Assembly: GCA_050575255.1 (NCBI GenBank)
Contig: JBNZDD010013656.1
Location: forward strand, 2,043,485 to 2,107,484
Direction of reading: 5' to 3'
DNA length: 64,000 nucleotides
Source: Harriotta raleighana
Taxonomy: Eukaryota
The position numbers were made by a program, and so were the translations under genes. Shown one piece after another: positions 37,607 to 51,299 of the stretch. Each line of letters starts with the position of its first letter. Position 1 is the stretch's first letter. Below the pieces are notes generated by a model. It saw only the letters and a list, made by a program, of their open reading frames with translations, did no database searches and was not told the origin of the DNA.

Positions 37607-40600
37607 AGCCCGAATAAATGCTGTGAAGGTGTTTAACCGTCACACCAAAGGCGCATTTGGCATATTTACTGCACGTCGGTCCAACAAGCTCACTTGAAGC
37701 GAGGATGGATTTGGAAATAACAACTAACGATTTCCGCTCTGGAAATATATCAAAACCCACTTATTTTTTTAGAGAGAGAGAGAGAGTGATTTTTCAACAC
37801 ATTTCCTGCATATTGCTTTCTGCGGAAGAATTTGCATCTGGCTTAATTTATTCACCAATAATCTCCATTTGCTTGGCTCGGGTTTTTTTTGTGGGGGGGG
37901 GGGGGGTTTAAAAAAATTGATTGGGACAGGAGTGAAGCTTGCTTATTCCGGCAGAAGATTTTTATTTTTTTTTAAATTATGGATAATCTGGTGATCAGAA
38001 CTCCATAACAAGCTTAGCGAACTCTGCAATGCTAAAACCATCGATTTGTAAACGCTTAAATGGCGTGTGTGTGTTTTTTTACACACACCCACACACACAC
38101 ACACACACACACGCCGAGCCTCCCCGAGTCACCCAAAACACTAGATTACAGCCATATTTGGAGCCCAGAGAGAAAATAAGTCACATCGGCCCCGAGTTGG
38201 AGATGTTTTCTCGAATCTACCCAAATCAGTTTGAAATGAATTCCGCCGTAAAAGTATGGATGTCAATCTCGACAAGGCTGACGAGAGAATGCGTTGAATT
38301 AAGCGTTTTAGGCGAACATAACGCTGCCTCGGGGCTAGCGGAGGAGCGGGCATGGTCACGTTCAACTCCACAACGTACAAAACCCTTCCCCATTATCAAC
38401 TGGACTTTAAAACACAACTAAAAGGTTTGCTGCTGACGTGAATTGTGGGAAATGTTTATTGTAAAAAAAAAGGTTGGGGGGCGGTGGGGGGGTGGGAGAG
38501 AAAATCTGATGCACTCACTCACCTCGCATTTCGAGGTTTAGTTTTTTTTTTGGTGTGAGCATATTCCTCGGGCTGCAGCATTGCAGCCGCTTCGGATCGC
38601 CTTCATTAAACAACAAGTTCACACACACAAAAAGAGAAAGCAACGCCAAGAAGAGCAGCCAAGAAGGAATGTTGCTCACTTGGTGTTGTTTGCGGGCCCA
38701 TCTATTTTTATATCTCTGTAGAAAGACAAAAATATCAAACTGACAAAGCGAGTTTTAATGCAGATGCGAGGAATTGAAATACAGTGTATGGTTGGTGAAG
38801 GGACAGAATAATTTAATAATGTCTAGTTAAATATATTGAAGGCAAGGTTGTGTAACAGTCTCAATGATTTCAATGGACGTTAAGAACTTAACAACCATGT
38901 AATGTGCCCGGGACTGGTTCAAAAGAATGCAAACGTTGAAAATAGTCAAAGTTAAAGTTAAACATTGCTTTCAGTTTTCGAAGATTTTTCTCTTCCCAAA
39001 ACAACTGAGCAGGGCCAAAACTAACACAATTTCTCAAAAAAAAAAACTTTCCTTTATACATTTGCCAGAAAATCTGAGATTTACACTGCATTAAGTTTCA
39101 CACAACAACAAAAAAGTTGGATTCCCATTACCATTAACAATCCCTGGGTAACAGTTTAAGCCGCATTCTTCTAATTGTTTAGCTTTGGTATTTGCACAGA
39201 AATGCTCTGAAATACCCTTTGGGTATCTGAAGTGCACATTTTATCACTTCGCTCTTCTACGACAGACAAATTATTCACCCTTTATCAATTACGGTGAATG
39301 TAAGACACCCATCTGGATAATTTACTTATTTACCTGAAAAAAAATGTTTTATTCGACACAAAATTGAAAAATCAATGGTGATTATACGTGGCTTTATAAT
39401 GCGATTTTGCAATGCCCAACAAAACGCTGTCGGCTTTGAAATTTAGTTGACATTTTTCTTTTTATTTACCTGCTTTTTCCTGTAAAATTTTTAGACGTAC
39501 ATTTTTCCTCCTATTGTTTTATTGAAACCTTGTTACAAAGCAACTGGCGTTTTTTTTTAGAGAAATTAAAACAATGCAAACAGCAAGATACGATTTGGAA
39601 TATTCTAGAAATTTAAAATAGCATCCGATATATTAAAAAAAATTACACAACTGCTTTCAGACAAGATAGGATTCACTCGCTGCCGTCAGTGATATCCACG
39701 TTTAATGTGGAGATTGGAAATTAAAGCTGAAGAAAAGACAGAGCACTGTCCCCATATGAAATAGCCAAATTCCACCACATGTGCGGTGCTTTTCGTAATG
39801 TAATTGAATGCAGGATGCCTGTGAGAAACGAAGTAGTTTAGTTTGCCTGCGATTTTAATAGCGGCTTTGACAATCAGCTTCAGCAGATGCCAGGGGTGAG
39901 CTGAAGACGCCACCTACATGGAATCCTTGACATTCCCAGCTAACTCCAGCAGCCAGGCAACTCACCCCCACACACCCCCCCAAAAAAAAAAAATACCTTA
40001 AAACGCGGCCTTTGTTTGGGTGGTTGGTTTTGCAAAAGTGATTTTTTTTCACCCGTCTTTGGTGCGTGGTAAACACGAATGTGTATCTATATTTTGCCGC
40101 CTTGTCACTGGAGGGAAGGTTTCTGCACGATTTGGGCTCCAGTGCGTTTGCAGAGTCAGATGGAAGGCTTTGAACGAGACTGAAAGAGGCCAAGTTACAG
40201 ATATTTCATAAACATCCCAAACGAAAAAGGAAGCTGGGATAGCGTGTGTTCCCGATTAAATTCAGACCCTGGGATGCACTCCTATGCGCCATGTTGTTTT
40301 TTTTAATCAATCTGTATTTACCAGTTATCACACTTCTATAACCGTAAGTATCGCCTTTTATATTTCTCTGGTTGGTGGATAATTACACTTCTGACTGCCT
40401 TTGCTGGGTCCTTTTTAATTTTCTTTCGTGTAATTGTTTATACGAATGCACGAATGTGTGTAAAAAAAATAAAGTAGTGGGTTCCTAACATAAATATCCT
40501 CATCTTGTGGATGCGACTTGAGGCCTAAACCTCAACAGTAATGCTGGATTTGAAATAAACGAGACACGATGTAAACAGCAGGGTTTAGCAGATCAGTGGA

Positions 40601-43600
40601 TTAGTGTTGTGCAGGCGCTGGACTCACAGGAGTCTAGACTGAAAGAGATTGCTGAGACCCGGATGAGACTGAATTACTTGGCTTTGATGTGTTGTTTTGC
40701 AACAGTTGCTGCTGGAAACACAATCAAAGTCAAACTTCACCACTGAGATTTTTATTTAGAAAAAAAAACAACAACAAATTGCCGCCAGGCCCTTGCATGC
40801 ACGGTTCGATCTGGGTTATTTTGAAGCAGTTTTATAAATCTAAAGGATGCACTCATTTGTGGTTAACATTGAACTTCAACTTTGGGAAATCCTTTGCACT
40901 TTTCTATATGAATAAAAATCACTGTAAATTTTTAAAAGTCCCTGATTCATACTGCTTGAAATTAACATTGAGCGCTTAATTGATATCAGTTAAATTCAAC
41001 ATTTATCCTCCCAAAAGAGGAACGGGAATACAAATCTTTGATGATATCTTCTTCCCACATGTAATCCGAAGGCAAGCATGTATCGTTGTTTTGGGATTCA
41101 TTCATTTTGATGTTACTCTTCAAAAGAACGCATAGGATAGCTGTATTGGTGAGCTCGAATCATAATGTTATCCAAACATTAACCACTATGGTATCCAGTT
41201 ATTCCGTTCTGTTATCGTTTGCAGATTTGTAGGCAAATGATATTGCCATTATTTGTTTTCCTCTCATTATAAATTCCATTACTTATACGTTCGCACAATG
41301 GAAATTACTTCATATTATGTTTTATTTTATGTACCTGTGAACACACTGGACTATATAATGTAATTTTGTTGTATATCAGTCTCTGTAGCTCGCTCGAAAC
41401 ACAATCCAACACACACGTGTTTTTCCCTTAGATCAACAGAATTATTCAGAAGGCTTTTTCCCCCTCTTTTTCTTTGGAAATAAATTGCAAATGTGAAAAA
41501 AAATCTGAAAACAAACATCTATTTAGAAGTGATCACTGCCCAACTCAAGCACCCATCCACTCAATCCCTACACATTGTTACGAACAAACATACATGGCTT
41601 CTGTTTTTTAACCCATCTATTCAACATAGGCATTTTTTTCCCTGAAGAATTTCCTGACGCACAGTGGTATCGCAGATATTAGTCCCAAATTACATTTTTT
41701 CTAAAAAAAATCTTTGGAAGACGGTGTCCCGGCTGCAAGGATTCGTTATCCGTGCATCGCATTGTGTGCACACGACCATTCCACGCTTCAAATCAATGGT
41801 AGGAACTGGAATAAAACCGGTCCCATTCATACACACCCCACAACAACAAAAAATGATTACCGTTTCTCTCAGAGACCCATTGGTACTTTTGTGGATGCTG
41901 TAACAAAGGCAATGTGAACGATGCTTCTTAACGGAATTCGCCTCGCGTTAACGAAAGTTTCAGCAATGGCTTGTTGTGTTTTTTTTGTTGTTGCTCTTTT
42001 CCACAGGATCCCAAGGCTGCAGTAGCTGGCGGCCATTTTTACCTCTGGATCCATAAGCAATTCCTCGCAATGATGATTGGAAATTCCTCAAGAAATAAAT
42101 GAAAGCTTTATGAGCAGGATGTACCGATCTGATCAGCGTATTCTTAAAAGAATATGAAAATGCAGCGAGAGAGGACGAGGACGACTGGGGAATTGTATTT
42201 GCAAATTGACATGAGGGCCATGTTATTCTGGTTTTGTCAAGATTTGGTAGAATTATTATGATGAGCATAAAACAATAAAATTCCGCACAGAACGGTATGA
42301 CCGATGCAAACTAACATGGAAAAAATTTGTCTTTGAATTTTACCTTTATTTTGTTTGAAAACGTAATGCAACGCAGAAATAATCTGCTGTGAGGCTCGCA
42401 GTTTACTGATAAACCCGAGGATACCCTGTCTTCTAAAACGAATGTGAACATTTTTCTTCGTGACCCGGTGTTTTTAAACGAACATATCAGAAAAATACAC
42501 CTAAATATACAATTAAAATCACTATATTTCGAAATATTTACAACAGAAAACATCCGGATTTTGTTTGTAAGGTTTCCAAAGGTCTGCTAAAGATGTTTAT
42601 TTCCCAGTAAAGTTGTGTTTTTTTTTCCTTTCGCCCATTGTTACTATCATGAATTATGGATTTCTAAATTATACAACTATGGGACCAACATGTCAAGCTA
42701 CAGAGTGAGTCACGAAATGCTCAACATTGTTTTCTCCCAACAGTGTTCTTCTCTCAGAGCAAATCTCGTCTGTGGCTTTTACAGATTAATTATTTATTCT
42801 TTTCTCTTGCACAAAATATCAATTCCGGGGAGGGATGCATTTAATTATTTTAAAACCCACCTCACAAAATAAAACTCTTTAGGAAAAAAGTGTTCATTGT
42901 TTTCTTAAGTAACCCTTCAGCGTTCAACTGGAGGTTTAAATCTAATATCTGGAAGTCAGGCGCGTATGGAACAGCTCGATTAATGGAAATAAAACCTTAT
43001 AAATGTCCCTTTCTTAAAACCTGTATTTTCCTTCAGTTTTGGTGGAATCATAACAGCAAAAATCATATTTTCTAGTAAGTTACATTTCTCCTTCCTAACG
43101 TATGGTGTAACTGCAATGGGAACGTAGATAGAACAATTATGTGTACTGAAATCGTTGTAAGACAGCAACCGATTTATCTGAATTGAATGTGTTTGAACTT
43201 GAAAGATCTTTATGTTTGAACTTGACCAGAAGAACAGAGCCTACATTTTTTTTGGGGGGGTTGGGTGGGAGGGAAATTCTTGCATTAAAATGCGCCAATT
43301 TCACCTCCGGCTCTTCCATGTGCTCAAGGGGAAATGGAAGAAGAATTATACGATTCCTATGTATCTTTCGAACCGATTCCTCCAGCTATCTTAGTCACAG
43401 CCATAAATCCATAAATAGCCAATACCTTGAAGTGTTCACATGCAGAAGATTCGGATCATTTCCAAGGTATTTGATCTCATTGCCTTGATGAACCCACAAA
43501 AACTACTGTCCTCTAATTTCACCTACCCTGAAACGTTAACATATGCCCCCACCCACCCCCTGCCTATGGTATGGCGAAGTATGTTCAAGCAGAACATCCA

Positions 43601-43631
43601 TGACCCACGTACGTTGCATGCATGACTGCGT

Positions 43632-46134
43632 AACGTATAATGTGTCAAAAGGACTCAAACTATTCTCGGGAGGCATTAATTAGTCTGAAAATATTGAAAT
43701 CTTGTTGTGTTATAATAATGCTGCTGGTATTGCAGACACACAAAGGAGACTTTTCGAGAACGAAGCTACAGTTAATTGATTTCACGGCTTCACAAAGATA
43801 CACTTAGACCCTTTATGTTATTTTACTTAGGCGACTTGTCTAAACAAACAACTATTCTGTGCACCAAAAGTATATGTTCTGTAAGTATTGCACTAAATTT
43901 GAGGTCTGAGCTCAAATGGTCAAAGTTCACGGGCTGCCTGCTATGGCACGTTCTTTTAACGTTACTGGGTGTGATTTCCCACATTAGTTCACGAAAATAG
44001 CAAAATAGCAAGGGAGTCTTCATTTTATCTCTCGGTCTTCGACCAGAGAAACAAAAAAGAAGGTTTCGGTTAAAAAACAAAATGATGTAGGTCATAGAAA
44101 CAAAGATTTTGACGCATATATAAATCATTAAGGAGTTCGAATATTCTTGCGGGAATTCGCTGAACTTGGCAAATTCGTTAATCATTTTATAAAATCATAT
44201 CAATAAAAAAGTGAAACAACATATGACCTATATATATAAATCACTTAAGGGTATCAATACTTCTGCCGACGGATGCATTATCTGAGGCTGCGTAGAAAGC
44301 CATCCTTCATAATGATTCAACATTTTACAAATGGCCACAGAACTCATGCTTATTTCACTCAATGAAGAAAAGGAAACATCATTTGGCTACTGTTTTTTTT
44401 ACAGCATTAGATTTGTATTTCGCGATGCAACATAATATCAAAATTAGAAGTATTTACTTATTAATAAGAAGAAGTAATTACTTATTTTGATACATGAGAA
44501 AATTATTTTACGCCCAAATAGAAGTAATTCTAGCAAATGTAATCACCAATTGGAATTAGAGGTATAAAGCATTGCATGGTACAATAAATAACAAGATTTT
44601 CTTAGTTTATCAATTTATTCTGTCGAGTGGAATATGCAAACAATACATATTTCCTTAGTGTTAACCTTCAACATTTGTAAATACTGTAATAGCGTGATTG
44701 CAGTTTCAACAAGAGAAATTATTTTATGCAAATGTTTATACTGATTACAACATAATAATCTGCCATATATCCTGAAATAATATAGAACAAAAAAACAAAA
44801 TATTGTCTCCGTAATACATTACAATTTCAAATTCTAAAATAATATCGGTATACAAAGACACAAAACAATATTCGTATTTTAANAACGTATAATGTGTCAA
44901 AAGGACTCAAACTATTCTCGGGAGGCATTAATTAGTCTGAAAATATTGAAATCTTGTTGTGTTATAATAATGCTGCTGGTATTGCAGACACACAAAGGAG
45001 ACTTTTCGAGAACGAAGCTACAGTTAATTGATTTCACGGCTTCACAAAGATACACTTAGACGCTTTATGTTATTTTACTTAGGCGACTTGTCTAAACAAA
45101 CAACTATTCTGTGCACCAAAAGTATATGTTCTGTAAGTATTGCACTAAATTTGAGGTCTGAGCTCAAATGGTCAGAGTTCACGGGCTGCCTGCTATGGCA
45201 CGTTCTTTCAACGTTACTGGGTGTGATTTCCCACATTAGTGCACGAAAATAGCAAAATAGCAAGGGAGTCTTCATTTTATCTCTCGGTCTTCGACCAGAG
45301 AAACAAAAAAGAAGGTTTCGGTTAAAAAACAAAATGATGTAGGTCATAGAAACAAAGATTTTGACGCATATATAAATCATTAAGGAGTTCGAATATTCTT
45401 GCGGGAATTCGCTGAACTTGGCAAATTCGTTAATCATTTTATAAAATCATATCAATAAAAAAGTGAAACAACATATGACCTATATATATAAATCACTTAA
45501 GGGTATCAATACTTCTGCCGACGGATGCATTATCTGAGGCTGCGTAGAAAGCCATCCTTCATAATGATTCAACATTTTACAAATGGCCACAGAACTCATG
45601 CTTATTTCACTCAATGAAGAAAAGGAAACATCATTTGGCTACTGTTTTTTTTACAGCATTAGATTTGTATTTCGCGATGCAACATAATATCAAAATTAGA
45701 AGTATTTACTTATTAATAAGAAGAAGTAATTACTTATTTTGATACATGAGAAAATTATTTTACGCCCAAATAGAAGTAATTCTAGCAAATGTAATCACCA
45801 ATTGGAATTAGAGGTATAAAGCATTGCATGGTACAATAAATAACAAGATTTTCTTAGTTTATCAATTTATTCTGTCGAGTGGAATATGCAAACAATACAT
45901 ATTTCCTTAGTGTTAACCTTCAACATTTGTAAATACTGTAATAGCGTGATTGCAGTTTCAACAAGAGAAATTATTTTATGCAAATGTTTATACTGATTAC
46001 AACATAATAATCTGCCATATATCCTGAAATAATATAGAACAAAAAAACAAAATATTGTCTCCGTAATACATTACAATTTCAAATTCTAAAATAATATCGG
46101 TATACAAAGACACAAAACAATATTCGTATTTTAA
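43632..46134. repeat. Near-perfect tandem duplication, period 1252 bp, joined by a single N (probable assembly artefact)
   Basis: 43632-44882 is repeated at 44884-46134 with N at 44883. Only a few substitutions were seen, such as AGACCC/AGACGC, CAAAG/CAGAG, TTTAAC/TTCAAC and AGTTCA/AGTGCA. Confidence 0.95.
43830..44045 (-). pseudogene. Candidate highly decayed HoxA12 homeobox remnant (second copy at about 45082-45297)
   Basis: RPRDKMKTP...RELMWEI...SRQ...HLSSDLKFS, then nucleotides TTTTGGTGCACAGAATAGTTGTTTG resembling codons for IWFQNRRM. Compared with Hox12 RSRKKRKP...AELENEF...NRQKRKELSDRLNLS. By-eye only. Confidence 0.3.
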
Positions 46135-47002
46135 AAAAATCTAAATAAACCTCATTTATTATTTTAATTGGCTGCATGCATTTCTATATAGATACTGCAT
46201 TACATGTACATAGGCTCCACAGCAATACCACTACCAACTCATCTTAAATATTCACGAAAATCATGAATGTTGCGAGTCTTCCAACAAAATAGCTAGTGTA
46301 ATTATATTAAGGAAATAGCTCTTCTGATTAAAATAAACAGTTATGCTCCATAAACAGCATTAAACAATTCCCAAATGCTGTGCATATTTTTGTAATATCT
46401 ATTCCCATGACCATGGTTTGGTTATATTGTATGTTACACTCTCTGGATAGCCAATATCTTTGTCGACCAGTTGAAATGAGTAAAGCACATCCATTTGCTG
46501 TCCTGCATGTCCAAATGCTTTGCTTTAATCAGGTCCAGGCGAATTGAAAGATGAAGACTACTTTTTCTGTTATTTTCGTAGAAATAAACATTGTTATTTT
46601 TGTGTTGGTATTGTGTGAATGATACAGTCGTATTATGCATTAAATATCTCAGTACACATTATAATTTTACGCCTGTTTAGATATTTTAAAAAATACCTTT
46701 TGTTCGAAAGCACTCTCAAAATATAGATGTGTACTTTAGTGGAACAAGTACATTGAGATCAAGACTACCCAACATGCTTCACTGAAACCTCATCCAGTCT
46801 TCCTATTGACTTTCATTTAAACAATAAATGCAAATTCGGATTCCCTGGTTTTGAACTGCATCATTCGCACTCCTAAAAAATGGAAATAAATTTAAGCAAT
46901 TGTTCCGAAAAATGCAACGTGTAGTGTAAAAATGCTGCAACATATTATGTTTAGTTTAAAACGAGCTGATAGACCTCAACGCATCAGCAGGGGAAAAACT
47001 GT

Positions 47003-47127
47003 TGGACAGCGAAAGGGAGGAAACATCGCATCAACAGCGAAAATGTGTTCAACAGCGAAGATGTGTTAAACAGCGAAAGGAAGGAAAGAACTCATCAACA
47101 GCCCAAAATGTGCTTCACAGAGAAACG
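47003..47127. repeat. Degenerate minisatellite with ACAGCGAA core
   Basis: About six units, alternating AACAGCGAAAGGRAGGAAA...CATC and AACAGCGAARATGTGTTC. Confidence 0.7.
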
Positions 47128-48910
47128 AAGCAGAATAATCTGAACAAAGGATTCCGCTCAACCTTACATTAGTTTAAGTAACCAATTCTTACAATTAGAA
47201 ATGTCTAATCTAATTTAATACATCGGTGCAATAAATGAATTGATTATACATATCTGTATATATATATATAGAACGAATATTTTGATTATTGTTTCCAAAT
47301 AGTTTCCAAAATCTCAACCTAACGCTTACATACTTTAATGTGCCTTCGCCTGCCCTTTATCCCAACAGTTTCCAGATTTTGTTTCACAATATTACTCTGA
47401 ACAAGCAAAATATACATGATTAAAGTAGTTTCCCTTGCTCGCTTGATAGTGTTTTATTTCATACGATTTATATGAACATCGCATTCCATCCTGATATAAT
47501 ATTGTTCTGTTTCTTCAAAAAATAACCTAGTAGGCCTTTACTATGGCTTTTGTGCAACATAAATTCAAAGAACCAAACCACAATGATGTATGTTAATATG
47601 TCATGACATACATTGCACTCACAACGGTCGGGATATTTTATTTACTTAGTGTAAATTGAGATTCATTCTGCGTTATGTACATAGAACAGAATGATTGCAG
47701 GAACTGAAGGAAGAATCATGACCCATAGTGTCCACTTTTTATTTACATTGCATTTTCCGCTGAAGCAAAATGTTCAGTATAGTCAATTGCAATCGACCTA
47801 CACATTTCAACAATTAAAAAAGGCGAAATTGCCCATGGAATCCACTGAAATAATTCACCAAACACTGGCCAAGTGCACTCTCTTACATTTCATACACTTT
47901 ATCTCAAAGCTAAAAGACACAACAAACCAATGAAACCTCCCCACTGGGTTAACCTAACTGCAAGAATAACAGCTAAATATATGCCAACGAAATTCTACTC
48001 ATATGATCTGTTTCAACAAATGGTTTCCCCAATCTAACATTACCAATAAAAATGACGACTTGACTTGTTTCATTCCATCTGCACCGAATGTAGACAACTT
48101 GCAATTTTCTGAAGTCGTTTCATTGAAAAAAAAGGATTATTAGACTAATGTTAATTGGAGTAAATGTCAATGTTTATCTATAAATATTTTACAAATAATA
48201 TTCCGTCACTCTTACTTCAGGGAAATGTTTACAAGTGGAGTTTATGATTGGTTCGTAAACATCATGTGATGCAAGTATAATTATTGCCCTAAAATGTTGA
48301 CAGATCAACGTCCTCCTCGCAATAGACAACACCTGGACCAACGGAAAGACTGCATTAAGAAAATAGACAAGCATTAATACAGGGAGAATCCGCTCGCACC
48401 GATTCTTAAGCATGGAGACCAAAAAAAATCTATATACAATGTCATCGTTAAAAGGGAAATAAACTACTGAGAATCTGCAACGTGTATATGCCGATTCAAT
48501 GCATCTGTGAGTGTAAACGTATTAAGATGACCGAGATAACTGCACTCGTGTTGACGATTTGAAATTTACAAACACCAAAGATAAAGCGAGATCCTCAGTT
48601 TCACTTCTGTCTCTTTCTAGGGAGATTTTAGAAAATTCGCCTGTCGAGCTCAGTTCTGCTTTCTCACCTATATTTAAAATGGATGTGGAATGCATTGGTT
48701 ATAAACATACAGATGTCATCCACAATTTTTACCAGAACAGTTTATCCAGGTTCCAGTTGATGTGCACTAATTAAATGGAAGGATTAACTCAAGCGATTAG
48801 TTGTGATTTGTTAAAATAATTGAAAATGTGGACAGATGTGATCAGATTTAAAAAAAAAGTAGATTAGGAATTCAAATGTAGCCAGACAAACAAACGGATA
48901 GGGAGAGATA

Positions 48911-48966
48911 ACAACAATTTACATTTGTACAGCGCCTTGCACATCGCTAGGACGTCCCAAGGCTCT
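48911..48966 (-). mobile_element. Truncated 3' tail of a LINE2-type or SINE retroposon
   Basis: Minus strand GCCTTGGGACGTCCTAGCGATGTGCAAGGCGCTGTACAAATGTAAATTGTTGTT resembles the remembered L2/SINE tail TTGGGACGTCC...AAGGCGCTATATAAATGCAAG(TTG)n of cartilaginous fishes. Confidence 0.6.
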
Positions 48967-48973
48967 GAAATTA

Positions 48974-49068
48974 GACAGACAGATAAATAATTAGACAGAC
49001 AGACATACCAGACCGACAGACACACAGACAGACAGACCGACCGACAGACAAACAGACAGACAGACAGA
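48974..49068. repeat. (GACA)n microsatellite
   Basis: Direct inspection; adjacent to the retroposon tail. Confidence 0.9.
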
Positions 49069-49366
49069 CTTTCTCTTTCATTCCATGTACTGTATTCATA
49101 TTCACAGTAAAGCTTTTTTTGTATTACAATTACATACAGACACATTTATATAGTTAATGAAAATGTTATTTTGCATTACTGGAAATTAACCAGGACATCT
49201 AATTAAAATTTCCCCCCAAGACTCATTTTCATTCCTGTATACTTTTGAAATGGCAGAACACAAGTGCTATTGCAGCGATAACAGGATAACATTTCGCCCA
49301 GGCTGGTTTATGGACAAAACAGCAAGATTTGGAGTTCATTTCGGACATTCACCAAGTTCCTATATT

Positions 49367-49384
49367 CAACAGAAGATGGCGCAC
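49367..49384 (+). promoter_or_regulatory. CTCF-like motif downstream of HoxA13 (A11/A13 interval)
   Basis: CAACAGAAGATGGCGCAC; the core ACAGAAGATGGCGC resembles the consensus. Confidence 0.45.
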
Positions 49385-51054
49385 TTGCTCTACAAATACA
49401 GTTCATGACTATTCATGAGCTGTTAAAAGTCAAGGTCAAAGACTATCTGTTTTCGTCAAGGTCAAGGTTTAAACCCCTCCACCTCCTCCCGCATCACCCT
49501 GCGCCCCCCCCCACCCCCGACCCCCCAACCCTCCCCCTCCCCCAACCCCCACAAAAAAAAAAAACCCACATACCAATCTGGAGAGCGTATATTTACAGTC
49601 ACAATATAGATATTTTAACTGTTTCCATGTAAACTTCAGTCGTATTTTTTTTTCTAAGTATGGGCGTTCTACCTCTTGCTAAACGTGGTTTATCGTACGA
49701 GAAAAATGCTCGTTTTGAAGCAATCTATTTTTCTCAATTAACCACGGTAGCGAATCTTAATCCTTCGTAAATTTCTTGGTTCTGCATACTCCTGGCTGAT
49801 TTCAGTGGACTTTAAACAAAGAACCTGGTTTAAATCAAGACGAAAACAGTGGCCAGTCACTTCCATTTCCATATTGAAGCGCCGTATATCTTTTTTTTAA
49901 AAAAGAAAATGCGAAGCTATTGCTTATGAAGACTTTTTATTGTGAAATCATTTGTTTGTAATGCAAGTAATTCACTAGTTGAGAAAAAACAAATTGATAT
50001 ACAGGTTAAACAGTTGCATAATATTAATGCAAGACATTTTTAAAATTTCATTATTTAATTTTGTTAAGATAATCGGTAAATAGTAACTAAGCAGTAGGGG
50101 TACATGCAGGCATAATAATTCACTGTTTTTAAATACAACTGGACAGGTTTTTGTTAACTTTGTAAAGGAATCTGTGCGCCTTTAGTCTGCGTGGACACTA
50201 ATGTTATTGTGTTAGTGAGAACAGTAATATAACTTGCAAACAAAAAAGATAAGATTTAGTTCATTTATAAAGGGTCACGTCCAGGTTTGAAGACATATCT
50301 TTCTCTCCCACTGTAGAAAATTGTGAACCAGCTATTTAATTAAGAGGACGTGGATGCTCCTAAATATTTACATACAATGAAAGCCAGAATGCTAGAATAG
50401 TAAGTATTTACTTTTCCACATACATTGCTGTTTAGAATATATTCTTCCTTCTACCTGTACATATATCTTTAGAGATAGCGGATCCCTTCCAAAGAAAATG
50501 CAGTGCGTAAACATACATTAATATACATTTCACGATACATCCCATGTTTACCTGAGAAGAAATTAGCATGCACTCCAGCTTTTATTAACCAGAAAGTTTC
50601 CTTCAATGATACAGATTTTCTATTTACGTGCTTTGACGATGTTTAATGTGAAGGTACGTATTAATCAAATAGGTACATTTAATCTTTTTTAAACCGTATA
50701 TTCTATATTAACTAAAACATTAATTGCGCATGTTTGCTACCAGTTAAAAAAAAAGACCCTAGTTTGAAAATTGAAGCTTTTTTTTGCTTTGAGCGAATGT
50801 TAGTCCTTTTCTAACATATTCTTTGTACAATGTCCACCCGACATATTTCGCTTGTGTATTTCTGTTGAAAACAATGTGCAGACAGAAGGTGGTGGTGGGG
50901 GAAGAGGGGGGGAGGGTGATGGTGGTGGGGGGAGGGGGGTTCTAGCTTCAAAGGAATGAGCTGAGCTGAGGTGTTTTTTTCTCTCTCTCTCTCCAGGCAG
51001 AGATCAGTTCATTTATACTTACAAAATAAGTCCAGATTTTACTGGAAGTAATCA

Positions 51055-51299
51055 CTAACTATTACTTTTCAGTTTAGTGAGGACTTTCTTTTCTTTGACT
51101 CGTCTATTTTGAAACCAAATAGTGACTTGTCTCTCAGAGAGATTTGTTGACGCAGATATCCTCCTTCGTTTGTCTTTGGTAATGAACTTATTGGTAGCAT
51201 ATTCCCTCTCAAGTTCTTTCAACTGCACTTTTGTATAGGGGACTCTTTTCTTTCTCCCACGCCGAAAAGAGCTCGCATCTGAAGGGTGCGAAACGACGT
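51055..51299 (-). CDS. HOXA13: HoxA13 exon 2 (homeodomain; absent from the supplied ORF track)
   Basis: Manual translation after acceptor TTGCAG|AC: [81 protein letters not shown]. 245 nt; joined CDS 296 aa. Confidence 0.96.

Noticed and set aside
43823-45437. Two near-identical 120-aa ORFs as a duplicated gene pair
   Set aside because: They arise from the N-joined duplication and encode no intact domain; at most they overlap a decayed homeobox.
47003-47127. CRISPR-like repeat-spacer array
   Set aside because: Vertebrate DNA, an 8-9 nt core, spacers that are themselves repeated, and no cas genes.
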